Shown here piece by piece: positions 1-11,109 of a DNA stretch of 39,545 bases. Every line of letters starts with the position of its first letter. Within the stretch, counting starts at the first letter, position 1. The position numbers and the translations under genes were made by a program. The stretch covers positions 1 to 39,545 of the forward strand of contig JBFLZG010000092.1 in the NCBI GenBank assembly GCA_040756235.1, in the 5' to 3' direction. This DNA is from a bacterium. Lineage in GTDB: Bacteria > Desulfobacterota > DSWW01. A model generated the notes under the pieces. It was given only the letters and a program-made list of their open reading frames with translations, was not told where the DNA came from and did no database searches.

Positions 1-125
1 GCTGTTCAAAAATGCCCAGATGCAAGGCGCACGAAGTCCTGAGGAACGAGGCGTACATGGAAGTACGCCGCAGTGACGAAGGACGAGTGCAACGCCGCAG
101 ATGGGCGTTTTGGGACAGCCTCTAG
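1..125. mobile_element. MITE family A copy 1 (left end cut by window edge)
   Basis: GCTGTTCAAAAATGCCCAGATGC...GCAGATGGGCGTTTTGGGACAGCCT followed by CTAG; similar to copies at 5238, 26527, 37748 and 39351; imperfect terminal inverted repeats, no transposase. Confidence 0.85.
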
Positions 126-140
126 ATAACCAGCGCAACC

Positions 141-210
141 AGCTCCTCATCTCTTCCGCCACCTTGTCCAGGTCTGCCTGGGTCCGGCTGGCCACCACCA
201 CGTCTGCGTC
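141..210 (-). pseudogene. Short remnant of an SDR oxidoreductase gene
   Basis: Minus strand reads DADVVVASRTQADLDKVAEEMRS; 162-195 is the exact reverse complement of 12561-12594 in the intact SDR; no in-frame start. Confidence 0.75.
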
Positions 211-261
211 AGGTCATACCTATTTATGAGAAGCTACATTGACATGATTACATTTGGAGGA

Positions 262-290
262 AATGTACCAGAGCCCGGGACCCCTGTCAA
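262..290 (-). promoter_or_regulatory. Putative leftward sigma-70 promoter
   Basis: Minus strand TTGACA-17 nt-TACATT with TG just upstream of the -10. Confidence 0.55.
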
Positions 291-437
291 GGGGAACCGG
301 CAGCTCGGTCGCCGCGCCGGGCCGGCCAGCGGCATGGACGGGCGAAAAGGAGCACAACCAAAACACAGGGGGGCTCTGGGGGCAAGGAGCGAGCAGCGGG
401 GACTCCCGTCCCCCAGGGATGTTTTTCAACGGGTTGC

Positions 438-487
438 TTGACTTTAGGCAGAAGATGTATTAGTAAGACGTACACAAAGTCAGACCA
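438..487 (+). promoter_or_regulatory. Putative promoter of mutase operon 1 with FadR/GntR-type box
   Basis: TTGACT (438-443), 17 nt, weak -10 TAGTAA (461-466), then AAGTCAGACCA (477-487) resembling TGGTCNGACCA. Confidence 0.45.
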
Positions 488-673
488 AAATTTCTACGCT
501 GAGCACGTTCGTTTCCGTGCCATCACGAGACCTGATCGTGAAGGAGGTCCTTGTGGACCGGGAGACGATCATGGGGTGACACTCGACTCCGGTGACCCCA
601 TCGAGCTCGCCAACCGGACCAGCGGGAGCCCATGCGCCCGAAAGTTACCCTTTGCGTACCTGGAGTCCGTGCT

Positions 674-745
674 CCGTTGCTGTCGAACCTCGTGCTGGAC
701 GACCTGGATCGAGAGTTGGAGCGGCGTGGGCACCGGTTTGTGAGA
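674..745 (+). pseudogene. Fragment of a group II intron reverse transcriptase/maturase
   Basis: Translates PLLSNLVLDDLDRELERRGHRFVR, the segment that precedes YADD in bacterial group II intron RTs; similarity stops just before YADD. Confidence 0.75.
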
Positions 746-836
746 AATCCATCTGATCGTGCAAAGTCCCTCTGGGCTGTTGGACCGAGCATGGACCCGT
801 GCGCCCGAGGAGGCTTGTCCATGGGAGGGTAACGGA

Positions 837-2513
<1,677 letters not shown>

Positions 2514-2530
2514 GACCAGAGGGAATGCGA

Positions 2531-2947
2531 ATGGACGAGACCATCCGGGTTCTGGTCGCGAAACTGGGGCTTGACGGGCACGACCGCGGCGCTTTGATCA
2601 TTGCCCAGAGCTTGAAGGAAGCCGGCATGGAGGTGATCTATACCGGCCTCAAGAACACGCCGGAAGTGATCGCGGACATCGCCGTCCAGGAGGACGTCGA
2701 CGTGATCGGCGTGAGCATCCTGTCCGGGGCCCACCTCGTGCTCATGCCGATCCTCATGGAGGCGCTCAAGGAGAGACGGGCCGACGATATCCCGGTCGTG
2801 GTGGGCGGCGTCATTCCGCCGCCGGACATCCCGAAGCTGAGGGGCATGAACATCAAGGAGGTGTTTCCGGCAGGGAGCGCGATCGAGACCGCCGTGGAAG
2901 CGATCCGCGGGCTGGCGGCCGCGAAGGCCAGAGGCGGCAAGGCATGA
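2531..2947 (+). CDS. Cobalamin-binding small subunit 1 of acyl-CoA mutase
   Basis: KLGLDGHDRG (DxHxxG), VSILSGAH, GGVIP; ATG 2531 after GAGGGA. Confidence 0.93.
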   Translation: MDETIRVLVAKLGLDGHDRGALIIAQSLKEAGMEVIYTGLKNTPEVIADIAVQEDVDVIGVSILSGAHLVLMPILMEALKERRADDIPVVVGGVIPPPDIPKLRGMNIKEVFPAGSAIETAVEAIRGLAAAKARGGKA

Positions 2948-3933
2948 CGGGATTGCCGGAGAGGGCCAGGGCCGGCGAGGTTCGTGCCGTGGCCCGGCTG
3001 ATCACGCTGCTGGAAAAAAGGGACCCTCAGGCGATCGAGACCCTGAAGGAGATCTACCCCCATTGCGGCCGCGCCCATGTGGTCGGGGTCACCGGCCCCC
3101 CGGGCATGGGGAAGAGCTGCCTCATCTCGGGCTTGATTCGACAGTTGCGCGCCAGGGAAAGGTCGGTCGGGGTCCTGGCGGTGGACCCCACGAGCCCCTT
3201 CTCCGGCGGCGCGATCCTCGGAGACCGGGTGAGGATGATCGAGCAGAGCGGAGACAAGCAGGTCTTCATTCGCTCCATGGCTTCGCGCGGGGCCATGGGG
3301 GGCCTTTCTGCGGCCGTGAACGACGCGGTCGACGTGTTGGACATGGCCGGCAAGGACGTGATCCTGGTTGAAACGGTGGGCGCCGGCCAGGGAGAGATCG
3401 AGATCGCCCGGCTGGCCCATACCGTCATCCTGGTGCTGATGCCCGGGTGCGGCGACACGCTGCAGGCCATGAAGGCCGGCATCATGGAAATCGGCGACAT
3501 CCTGGTCGTCAACAAGGCGGACAGACCGGGGGCGGATGAAACCGTTGCGGAGCTCGCCGCCATCCAGCAGTTCAAAGTCACGGAGCCGGAAGCGGACTGC
3601 TGGACCGCCCCGATCGTCCGGACCTCCGCGTGGACGGGCGAAGGGCTCGGCGATTTGGAACAGGCGATCGAGAAGCACCTCCGGTTCATCCGCGAGCGCG
3701 ATCGGATGGCCGGAAGGAACCGCCAGAGGCGGACGCGGCAGTTCCTCGACATTCTCACGCAGCGGATCCGCGACGAGTTCATGGCCGAGCTCAACGCGGA
3801 TCCGGCCCTTAAGCAGTGGGTCCGTCGAATCGGAGATCTGGAGCTGGATCCCTATCGCGCTTCGGACCAGGTCATCGAAATGATCAAAGAGGCGAGAGAA
3901 CGAAGCAGGAGCGGCGGCCGAGCGGGACGATGA
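2944..3933 (+). CDS. meaB: MeaB/ArgK-family GTPase chaperone of B12 mutases
   Basis: GPPGMGKS P-loop, VDPTSPFSGGAILGDRVRM, ETVGAGQ, NKAD; ATGA overlap with upstream gene. Confidence 0.93.
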   Translation: MTGLPERARAGEVRAVARLITLLEKRDPQAIETLKEIYPHCGRAHVVGVTGPPGMGKSCLISGLIRQLRARERSVGVLAVDPTSPFSGGAILGDRVRMIEQSGDKQVFIRSMASRGAMGGLSAAVNDAVDVLDMAGKDVILVETVGAGQGEIEIARLAHTVILVLMPGCGDTLQAMKAGIMEIGDILVVNKADRPGADETVAELAAIQQFKVTEPEADCWTAPIVRTSAWTGEGLGDLEQAIEKHLRFIRERDRMAGRNRQRRTRQFLDILTQRIRDEFMAELNADPALKQWVRRIGDLELDPYRASDQVIEMIKEARERSRSGGRAGR

Positions 3934-3998
3934 TGCGGTGGCGCCGGTGGGGCGGGAGCGTCCGTCCGCTGAGCAACGGCTTGTTGGAGGGGAGGCAT

Positions 3999-5144
3999 AT
4001 GGACTTTCGTCTGACGGAAGAGCAGCAGATGCTCAGGGACATGGTCCGGAAGATCGGCGAGAAGGAGTTCGCGCCCAGGGCCGCGGAGATCGACCGGACC
4101 GAGGAATTCCCCTGGGAGCACAAGAAGATCCTGCAGGAGAACGGTCTGCTCGGCGTGCAGGTCAGCCAGGAATACGGCGGTGCAGGGGCAGGCATGGTAT
4201 CCATGGCCCTGGTGGTCGAGGAGGTGGCGTGCGTGTGCGCCTCGACCTCCGTGATCCTGACCACCCAGGCCCTGGCCACCGATCCGCTGGTCATCGCCGG
4301 CACGCACGAGCAGAAGATGCGGTGGCTCAAGCCCATGGCCGAGGGGGCGGTGCTCGGCGCCTGCGCCATCACCGAGCCGGGGGCCGGCTCTGACGTCACC
4401 AACATCAAGACGACGGCCACGGCCCGGGACGGCGGCTACGTGATCAACGGCACCAAGCTCTTCATCACCAACGGCGGCGTGGCGGATACGATCACGGTCG
4501 TTGCCTACACGGACAAGAGCAAGGGGCACAGGGGCATCAGCATGCTCCTGCTCGACAAGAAGACTCCCGGGTTCTCGGTCGGCAAAGAAGAGAAGAAGCT
4601 CGGCATCCGGGGCTCGGATACGCGGGAGCTGCTGTTCGAGGACTGTTTCGTTCCCAAGGACCAGCTTCTCGGGAATCCGGGCGAGGGGTTCAAGATCCTG
4701 ATGAAGACCTTCAATTACACCCGGCCCGGGGTTGCGGCCCAGGCCATCGGCATCGCCCAGGGCGCGCTGGATGCGGTCGTCCGGCACGTCAAGGAAAGGG
4801 TCCAGTTCGGAAAACCGCTGGCAGAGTTCCAGGGGCTCCAGTGGATGCTCGCCGAGATGGCGCTGAAAATCGAGGCGGGCCGGACCCTCGTGCACCGGGC
4901 CTGTGCGACGATCGACAACGAGCCCGACTCGCCCGACATTGCCCGCCTGGCCTCCATGGCCAAGTGGTTCGCCTCGGACGCGGCCATGCAGGTGACGACC
5001 GATGCGGTCCAGATCTTCGGTGGATACGGATACTCGAGGGAGTACGCCGTGGAACGGATGATGCGGGACGCCAAGATCACCCAGATCTACGAGGGGACCA
5101 ATCAGGTCCAGCGCATCATCATCGCCAACCAGATGCTGAAGTAG
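3999..5144 (+). CDS. Acyl-CoA dehydrogenase (short/branched-chain type)
   Basis: TEPGAGSD, NGTKLFITNG, KLGIRGSDT, ERVQFGKPL, QIFGGYGY, IYEGTNQ; ATG after GGAGG. Confidence 0.93.
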   Translation: MDFRLTEEQQMLRDMVRKIGEKEFAPRAAEIDRTEEFPWEHKKILQENGLLGVQVSQEYGGAGAGMVSMALVVEEVACVCASTSVILTTQALATDPLVIAGTHEQKMRWLKPMAEGAVLGACAITEPGAGSDVTNIKTTATARDGGYVINGTKLFITNGGVADTITVVAYTDKSKGHRGISMLLLDKKTPGFSVGKEEKKLGIRGSDTRELLFEDCFVPKDQLLGNPGEGFKILMKTFNYTRPGVAAQAIGIAQGALDAVVRHVKERVQFGKPLAEFQGLQWMLAEMALKIEAGRTLVHRACATIDNEPDSPDIARLASMAKWFASDAAMQVTTDAVQIFGGYGYSREYAVERMMRDAKITQIYEGTNQVQRIIIANQMLK

Positions 5145-5171
5145 TCGAGAGCTGGAAGAAAACAGGCAAGA

Positions 5172-5226
5172 GGTCAAAGGTGAAAAGCGCAGAGTCGTGC
5201 CCCCCTCGAGGCTTTTCACCTTGACC
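5172..5226 (+). terminator. Intercistronic stem-loop
   Basis: GGTCAAAGGTGAAAAGC ... GCTTTTCACCTTGACC long inverted repeat; no clear U-tract, so possibly an mRNA stabiliser rather than a terminator. Confidence 0.4.
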
Positions 5227-5237
5227 GAATGCCCTTC

Positions 5238-5390
5238 GGAGGCTGTCCATAGACGCCCATCTGCTGCGGTGCACGCGTCCTTCGTCATTGCGGCGTACGG
5301 CCACGTACGCCTCATTCCTCAGGATTTCGTGCGCCTTGCATCTGGGCATTTCTGAACAGCCTCCAGGAGCCGAATTCTCGGACAGGCCCC
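5238..5390. mobile_element. MITE family A copy 2 (inverted relative to copy 1)
   Basis: GGAGGCTGTCC...CTGAACAGCCTCC plus tail AGGAGCCGAATTCTCGGACAGGCCCC, similar to the tail of the copy at 26527. Confidence 0.85.
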
Positions 5391-5455
5391 TTGGTTGTCC
5401 ACCCTTCGGACCCGATTCGAAACGCCTGTAACCTGCAGTAGGAGGTGGATGGACC

Positions 5456-6667
5456 ATGCAACCGAATGAAATCGTGATCGTCAGCGCGGTGCGCACGCCT
5501 TTCGGGCGGTACTGCGGCTCTCTGCGTGACATGGATTACTTCGAGCTCGGCGCGATCCCGATGCGCGAAGTCGTCGCCAGGGTCCATCTCGAACCTGCCG
5601 TCGTGGACGAGGTCTTCTGGGGAGTCGGGGACACCTCGCCCTGCAAGGACGTCTACACGCCGGTGGCGGCCCGGCAGACCTTGCTCAAGGCCGGCCTGCC
5701 CGCGGAGACCCCGTCGATCTCCCTGGACAAGGCGTGCGTGTCCGCCATGTCGGCCATCAAGTTGGGGACCATGGCCATGCGGCTGGGAGAGATCGAGGTC
5801 GCGATCGGCGGAGGCGCGACCTCGTTCAGCCAGGAGCCGCTCGTCGTCCGGGGGCTGCGCTACCAGGGCTTTCGCATGGGCGACGTCAAGATGGAGGACC
5901 CCCTGCTCGCTCTCGGCTACAAGGACTACAACCCGGTCTCGGTGGACACGGACAACGTGGCTTTCGAGTATGGGATCACCCGCGAGGAGCAGGACGCCTG
6001 GGCGCTTCGGAGCCATCAGAGCTACGGGGCCGCATGGAAGGCAGGCAAGTTCAAGGAAGAGATCCTTCCCATGAAGATCTCTTCGGGCAACAAGGAGCCC
6101 GTTTCCCTGGACATCGACGAGCAGTATCGGCCCGATGCTTCGCTCGAAAGGCTCTCCAAGCTCAAGCCGATCTACGGCACGCGGGCGATCACGGCCGGCA
6201 ACGCGCCCGGCCTGAACGACGGAGCCACGGCCGTCCTCTTCATGACCCGCAAGAAGGCGGAGGCCCTGGGACTGGAGCCGCTGGCCACCATCGTTTCCAT
6301 GACCTCCATCGCCATCTCCCCGAACCGCATGCCCGAGGGACCTGCATACGCCATGAAGCAGGCGCTGGACCTCGCCCGCATGAGCCTGGGCGACGTCGAT
6401 GTGATCGAGATCAACGAGGCCTTTGCCGCCGTGCCGCTGGTGAGCCTGGCCCTCCTGGCCAACCGCGACAAGGCCAGAGCCAAGGCCCTCGAGAGCAGGG
6501 TGAACGTGAACGGCAGCGCCATCGCCATCGGCCATGCCAACACCGCCAGCGGCGCCCGCATCATCATGAACCTGGCTTACGAGCTGAGGCGCCGCGGGGG
6601 CGGCATCGCCATGGGGGGCATCTGCGGCGGTCTCGCCCAGGCGGACGCCGTGATCTTGAAAGCATGA
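5456..6667 (+). CDS. Thiolase (acetyl-CoA C-acyltransferase family)
   Basis: SAVRTPFG, DKACVSA (Cys nucleophile), TAGNAPGLNDGA, NEAFA, GHANTASG, ICGG; GGAGG RBS. Confidence 0.93.
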   Translation: MQPNEIVIVSAVRTPFGRYCGSLRDMDYFELGAIPMREVVARVHLEPAVVDEVFWGVGDTSPCKDVYTPVAARQTLLKAGLPAETPSISLDKACVSAMSAIKLGTMAMRLGEIEVAIGGGATSFSQEPLVVRGLRYQGFRMGDVKMEDPLLALGYKDYNPVSVDTDNVAFEYGITREEQDAWALRSHQSYGAAWKAGKFKEEILPMKISSGNKEPVSLDIDEQYRPDASLERLSKLKPIYGTRAITAGNAPGLNDGATAVLFMTRKKAEALGLEPLATIVSMTSIAISPNRMPEGPAYAMKQALDLARMSLGDVDVIEINEAFAAVPLVSLALLANRDKARAKALESRVNVNGSAIAIGHANTASGARIIMNLAYELRRRGGGIAMGGICGGLAQADAVILKA

Positions 6668-6700
6668 CCGACGCCGAGATTGCGACGCCCTGCGAAGTCG

Positions 6701-6970
6701 GAGATTCACCTCTTCTTCATGATCGATCTGCTTCCGCCGGATTCTGTCTTCAACCTTTGCGCCGTCGGGCGCGAGCAGCTGTCCATGACCACCTATTCCA
6801 TCCTTGCGGGCGGAATGGCCGGGGTCGGAATGGAGGACAACATCTACCATTCGAGAGGCGAGCCGGCGAAAAGCAACGCCCAGCTGGTCGAGAGGACTGT
6901 CCGCATCGCCAGGGGCCTGCAACGCGCGATCGCCTCACCGGACGAGGCCCGACGGATCCTGGGGATCAGG
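6701..6970 (+). pseudogene. C-terminal remnant of a beta-keto acid cleavage enzyme (Kce/BKACE, DUF849)
   Basis: LLPPDSVFNLCAVGREQL...GVGMEDNIY...SNAQLVERTVRIA...IASPDEARRILGI matches the BKACE C-terminal third; Zn-binding N-terminal part absent; Arg of RVGxEDN is Gly. Confidence 0.8.
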
Positions 6971-7015
6971 AAGAAGCAAGGTTCCGTTAGAAGCCTGAGC
7001 AAAGGACGCCCAGAG

Positions 7016-9106
7016 ATGCTCGAGAGAATATCCGCAATCCGAAACACGCTGTTCCCCCCAAAACCCACCAAGCTGTTCGAACCGATCCGGGTCGGGAAGA
7101 TACAGCTGAAGAACAGGATCAAGATGCCTGCCATGGCGATCGCCATGGGTGAGGAAGGCAGCATGTCCGAGGCGGCCAAGGCCTTTTACCTGGAGCGCGC
7201 CAAGGGCGGAGTGGCGCTCATGGGGGTGAGCTGCACGGCCACCCGCCTCATTCAAGATCCGATGCTGGGTCTTTACCACGACCGTTTCATTCCCGGGTTG
7301 AAGGATCTGGCCGAGACCGTCCGGCCTTACGGGGCCAAGCTCTATGCACAGATGGGGGTCGGGTACAGCTGGGCCTTCGGGGACGCTCCGGTGCAGTTGG
7401 TGAGTCCCTCGGGCATCACGTGCTGGGGACGCCCGGGGACGCCCTTCCGGATGGGCGGGCCGTTCGAGCCGACCCTTCCCAAGGAGCTCACGGTCGAGGA
7501 GATCCACCAGATCGTCGAGGCTTACGGGGATGGCGCGCGGCGGGCACAAGAGGCGGGATTCGATGCCGTGGAGATCATCGCTGCCGTCGGCTACGTGATC
7601 GCCCAGTTCATTTCCCCGGCCACGAATCTGCGCAAGGACCCGTACGGGGGCAGCCTGGAAAACAGGATGCGCCTGTTTCTCGAGATCATCGAAAATATCC
7701 GGCGCAAGACCGGCGGGGATTTTCCTGTCTTGTGTCGCATCAGCGGCGCTGACCTGCTGGACGGAAAGGGGTACAGCCTCGAAGACACCAAGAAGATCGC
7801 CCCGATGCTGGAAAAGGCCGGAATCGCGCAGATCGACGTGATGGCCGGATGGCACAATGCCTCGGTGGCGATGATCCAGACGCAGGTGCCCCAGGGCTCG
7901 TGGGTCCATCTGGCCGAGGGCGTCAAGAGCGTGGTGAGGATTCCGGTGGCGGCCGGGACCCAGATCCAGGATATCCGGGTTGCCGAGCGTGTCGTCGCGG
8001 AAGGGCGCGTGGACATGGTGTACATGGCGCGCGCCCTGGTGGCGGACCCGGCCCTGCCGATCAAGGCCCAGACCGGCCGGCTCAAAGACATCCGGCCCTG
8101 CATGAACTGCTGCCGCTGCATGGCGGCCTCGGACGAGCCGCCGGTCCATTGCACGGTCAATGCCAGAATGGGAAGGGAGTGGGAATACCCTGAAGAGAGG
8201 CCGGCCAAGGATAACAAGCGCGTGCTGGTGGTCGGAGGCGGACCGGCCGGCATGGAGGCCGCGCGCATCGCGACCCTGCGTGGACACCGGGTGACCCTTT
8301 GCGAGCAACGGCCCAGGCTGGGCGGCGCGATGCTGCTGAGCTCGATCACCAACCCGCGCATCGGGCCGGTGCTCCGGTACATGGCGCGAGAGGTCAAGAA
8401 GCTGTCGATCGATGTCCGGTTCCATACCCGGGTCACGCCCGAGCTCGTGCGAGAGATGAAGCCCGATGTCCTGGTGGTCGCGCAGGGGGGCAAGTCCGCC
8501 CCGCTTGCCATTCCCGGGATCGACAAGGAAATCGTGCTGACCCGAAGCGATGCCGAATCGATCCTCGGTGGACGCGCCTCCTCGAAAGGTGGGTTCCTGA
8601 ACCGGCTCGTGTCCGCGGCTGCGGCGCTCTTGGTGCGGTTCTTCTACGATCCCAGATTGCTGCGATGGCTCTTGGCAGGTCCCTTCCCCTTCAAAAAGCG
8701 CGTGACCATCCTGGGAGGAGGCTTTGCCGGCGTGGAGCTGGGGGAAACCCTGCTTCACAGGGGCAAGCAGGTTGCCATCGCCGAGCGTTCCAGGCGCATG
8801 GGCTACGACATCGACATCATTCACCGATGGGTGTTCCTCAAGAACCTGAAAGACGGGGGGGCCCAGCTGTTCACGGAAGCCGAGCCCGTGGAGGTGAAAG
8901 ACCAGGGCGTGGTGATCCGGCAGAAGGAGGCTCAGAACCTCATCGCCTCGGACACGGTGGTGCCCATCAACATCACCACGAACAAGGAGCTGGCCGAAGG
9001 GTTTGAAGGAAAGGTGCCCGAGGTCTTTGTGGTCGGGGATTGTGCGGAGCCGGCCAAGCTGATGGAGGCGACGACGGCAGGTTTTCTCGCCGGTCAGAAG
9101 ATATGA
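7016..9106 (+). CDS. fadH: FadH-like 2,4-dienoyl-CoA reductase / OYE-family FMN, 4Fe-4S, FAD oxidoreductase
   Basis: LFEPI..LKNRIKMPAM, YGGSLENRMR, GWH motif, CMNCCRC...CTVN cluster motif, GGGPAGMEAA; ATG 7016 after AAAGGA (frame is open from 6680); symbol denotes family, not proven substrate. Confidence 0.85.
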   Translation: MLERISAIRNTLFPPKPTKLFEPIRVGKIQLKNRIKMPAMAIAMGEEGSMSEAAKAFYLERAKGGVALMGVSCTATRLIQDPMLGLYHDRFIPGLKDLAETVRPYGAKLYAQMGVGYSWAFGDAPVQLVSPSGITCWGRPGTPFRMGGPFEPTLPKELTVEEIHQIVEAYGDGARRAQEAGFDAVEIIAAVGYVIAQFISPATNLRKDPYGGSLENRMRLFLEIIENIRRKTGGDFPVLCRISGADLLDGKGYSLEDTKKIAPMLEKAGIAQIDVMAGWHNASVAMIQTQVPQGSWVHLAEGVKSVVRIPVAAGTQIQDIRVAERVVAEGRVDMVYMARALVADPALPIKAQTGRLKDIRPCMNCCRCMAASDEPPVHCTVNARMGREWEYPEERPAKDNKRVLVVGGGPAGMEAARIATLRGHRVTLCEQRPRLGGAMLLSSITNPRIGPVLRYMAREVKKLSIDVRFHTRVTPELVREMKPDVLVVAQGGKSAPLAIPGIDKEIVLTRSDAESILGGRASSKGGFLNRLVSAAAALLVRFFYDPRLLRWLLAGPFPFKKRVTILGGGFAGVELGETLLHRGKQVAIAERSRRMGYDIDIIHRWVFLKNLKDGGAQLFTEAEPVEVKDQGVVIRQKEAQNLIASDTVVPINITTNKELAEGFEGKVPEVFVVGDCAEPAKLMEATTAGFLAGQKI

Positions 9107-9258
9107 TGGAACGATCCATCATGGAGCCGTGCCGGCCTGGACCATGACGCGCGCGACAGTATGCGAATGTTCCGGCCACCAGGCGATGCCGCGCCGTGGT
9201 GGGAGAAATCCTCCTCCGGGCGGGTGAAAAGGCGCCAGGCGGGCGGTTGTTTTCTCCC

Positions 9259-9303
9259 TTGACAGAGTCTTCGCGGAGGTGATATAGAGCTGTGGTCTGA
9301 CTA
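9259..9303 (+). promoter_or_regulatory. Sigma-70 promoter of mutase operon 2 with FadR/GntR-type box
   Basis: TTGACA (9259-9264), extended -10 TGA-TATAGA (9280-9288), TGGTCTGACTA (9293-9303) over the expected start site. Confidence 0.6.
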
Positions 9304-9373
9304 TCAATAAGTTAAGCCTCATTACCCATTTCTTGATGTCTGGCGCCAACCCTAAGATTCGGAGGTGATTCCC

Positions 9374-11044
9374 ATGATGGATCCGAAGGAGCGGGAGAAG
9401 TTCCAGCAGGCCAAGGCCGCCTGGGAGAAAATGAGAGAGAAGTACGCGGCGAAGCTCAAGCCGCAGAAGAATCTCTCTGGAATACAAATCAAAACGGTGT
9501 ATACGCCGGAAGACGTCGCGCATCTCGACCTGGCCACGATGCCGGGCGTTTATCCCTATACGCGGGGCCTGTACGCGGACGGGTATGCCCTGACCCCCTG
9601 GATGCAGCAGATGGTCTTCGGCTACGGGACGTGCGAGGAGACGAGGAAGAAGATGGAGACCCTCGTGGCCCAGGGCATGGAGGGCTACTTCGGCCACAAG
9701 GTCTTCAACGTGGTCTACGACATCCCCACCATGTACGGGATCGATGCCGACCATCCCGAGGCGGAAGGAAACGTGGGCCAGTGCGGGGTCCATCTGTGCA
9801 CCGGTGACGACTACGACGAGCTGATCCGGGGCTGGGAGCTGGAGACGACCAATTTCTCCCTCATCACCGGCGAGAATTGCCTGCCCGGCCTGGCCCACAT
9901 CGTGGCGGCCGCCGAGAGACGCGGAAAATCCCCGGACTCCCTGAGAGGCAACTCCATGAACTGGTATCCGCGCATCGCCGTTCAGGACATCCCTTCGTGG
10001 GAACCGAAGCACGGATACGCCCTGATGACGGACCTGATCAAGTACTGCACGAAGAACATGCCTCCGTGGAACACCACGAACATCTTCATGTACGGAATCT
10101 CCGAGGCCGGGGCCACGCCGGCCCAGGAGCTGGCCTACGGATTGGCTTGGGGAAAATCGGTCATCGACGCCGGCAAGGCCGCAGGGCTTGCTCCCGACAG
10201 CTTCGTGGGGCGGCTCGGATTCCAGATCGGGATCCAGATGAACTTCTTCGAGGAGATCGCCAAGCTCAGAGCCCACCGTAAGATGTGGGCCAAGATCACC
10301 CGCGACGCCGGGTGCACCAAACCGCAGTGCATGCACGCCCGGGTCCACATCCATACGAGCGGCAACGTGCTGGTCGCCCAGCAGCCGCTCAACAACACCG
10401 CGCGGATCACCATGCAGATCATGGCCGCGGTCCTGGGCGGCGTACAGTCCATCCATTCCTGCTCCTTCGACGAAACGATCGGCATTCCCACCGAGATCTC
10501 CCACAGAACCGCCTTGAGATCCCAGCAGATCATGATGTGGGAAAGCGGACTGCGGCAGGTGGCGGACCCGCTGGCCGGCTCCTACTACGTGGAGTGGCTG
10601 ACCGATCAGATGGAACAAGAGGCATGGAAGCTCTTTCAGGAGGTCGAGGAGCATGGCGGATACATGAAGGGGCTGGAAGGAGGATGGGTCAAGAACCGGA
10701 TCGACGCCAGCGCCTATGCAACGAAGAAGGCGATCAAGAGCGGGGAATTGCCCGTGGTCGGCGTCAACAAGTACGTCATGGGCGAGAAAGAGGAGCATCT
10801 GCCCTTCCGCGTGGACTACGAGATCGAGCGCAAGGCCATCGAGCGGTTGCGGGCCTTCAGGAGCAAACGCAACAGCGAAGAGGTGCACAAGGCCCTCGGC
10901 AACCTGAGAAACGCATGCCTGGACCTCAAGAGCGGCAAAGGCGAGCTGATGCCGGCCCTGATCGAGGCCGCGCGCAAGGGAGCCACCAACGGCGAGATGA
11001 TGGCGCCCATGCGCGAGGCCTTCGGATGGGCGGTGACCGAGTGA
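9374..11044 (+). CDS. B12-dependent acyl-CoA mutase, large subunit 2 (highly divergent)
   Basis: PGVYPYTRG, YDIPT, NFFEEIAKLRA, AQQPLNN, HSCSFDE, DPLAGSYYVE, VGVNKY; ATG 9374 after GGAGGT. Confidence 0.9.
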   Translation: MMDPKEREKFQQAKAAWEKMREKYAAKLKPQKNLSGIQIKTVYTPEDVAHLDLATMPGVYPYTRGLYADGYALTPWMQQMVFGYGTCEETRKKMETLVAQGMEGYFGHKVFNVVYDIPTMYGIDADHPEAEGNVGQCGVHLCTGDDYDELIRGWELETTNFSLITGENCLPGLAHIVAAAERRGKSPDSLRGNSMNWYPRIAVQDIPSWEPKHGYALMTDLIKYCTKNMPPWNTTNIFMYGISEAGATPAQELAYGLAWGKSVIDAGKAAGLAPDSFVGRLGFQIGIQMNFFEEIAKLRAHRKMWAKITRDAGCTKPQCMHARVHIHTSGNVLVAQQPLNNTARITMQIMAAVLGGVQSIHSCSFDETIGIPTEISHRTALRSQQIMMWESGLRQVADPLAGSYYVEWLTDQMEQEAWKLFQEVEEHGGYMKGLEGGWVKNRIDASAYATKKAIKSGELPVVGVNKYVMGEKEEHLPFRVDYEIERKAIERLRAFRSKRNSEEVHKALGNLRNACLDLKSGKGELMPALIEAARKGATNGEMMAPMREAFGWAVTE

Positions 11045-11109
11045 GACCGCTCGCGGCAGACCAGGCGGAGCAAGGGCAATTCCGGGATTTCGTGGAGGAG
11101 GTTGCGATC

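Noticed and set aside
286..490. Cobalamin riboswitch upstream of mutase 1 (AAGGGGAACCGG ... AGTCAGACC)
   Set aside because: Core elements such as GGTGxAAxTCC and GCxACTG are not present; the region is better explained by divergent promoters
632..832. Functional group II intron, retron or DGR
   Set aside because: Only 24 codons of RT, no YADD, no recognisable intron RNA domains or template/variable repeats
5119..5532. ORFs through MITE copies (also 26545-26950 and 39143-39445)
   Set aside because: Translations such as CKAHEILRNEAY derive from the repeat itself; no coding evidence
6680..9106. Genuine 808-aa BKACE-OYE fusion enzyme
   Set aside because: The BKACE part lacks its metal ligands and catalytic Arg, the TTG start has no clear RBS, and the reductase has its own RBS/ATG at 7016
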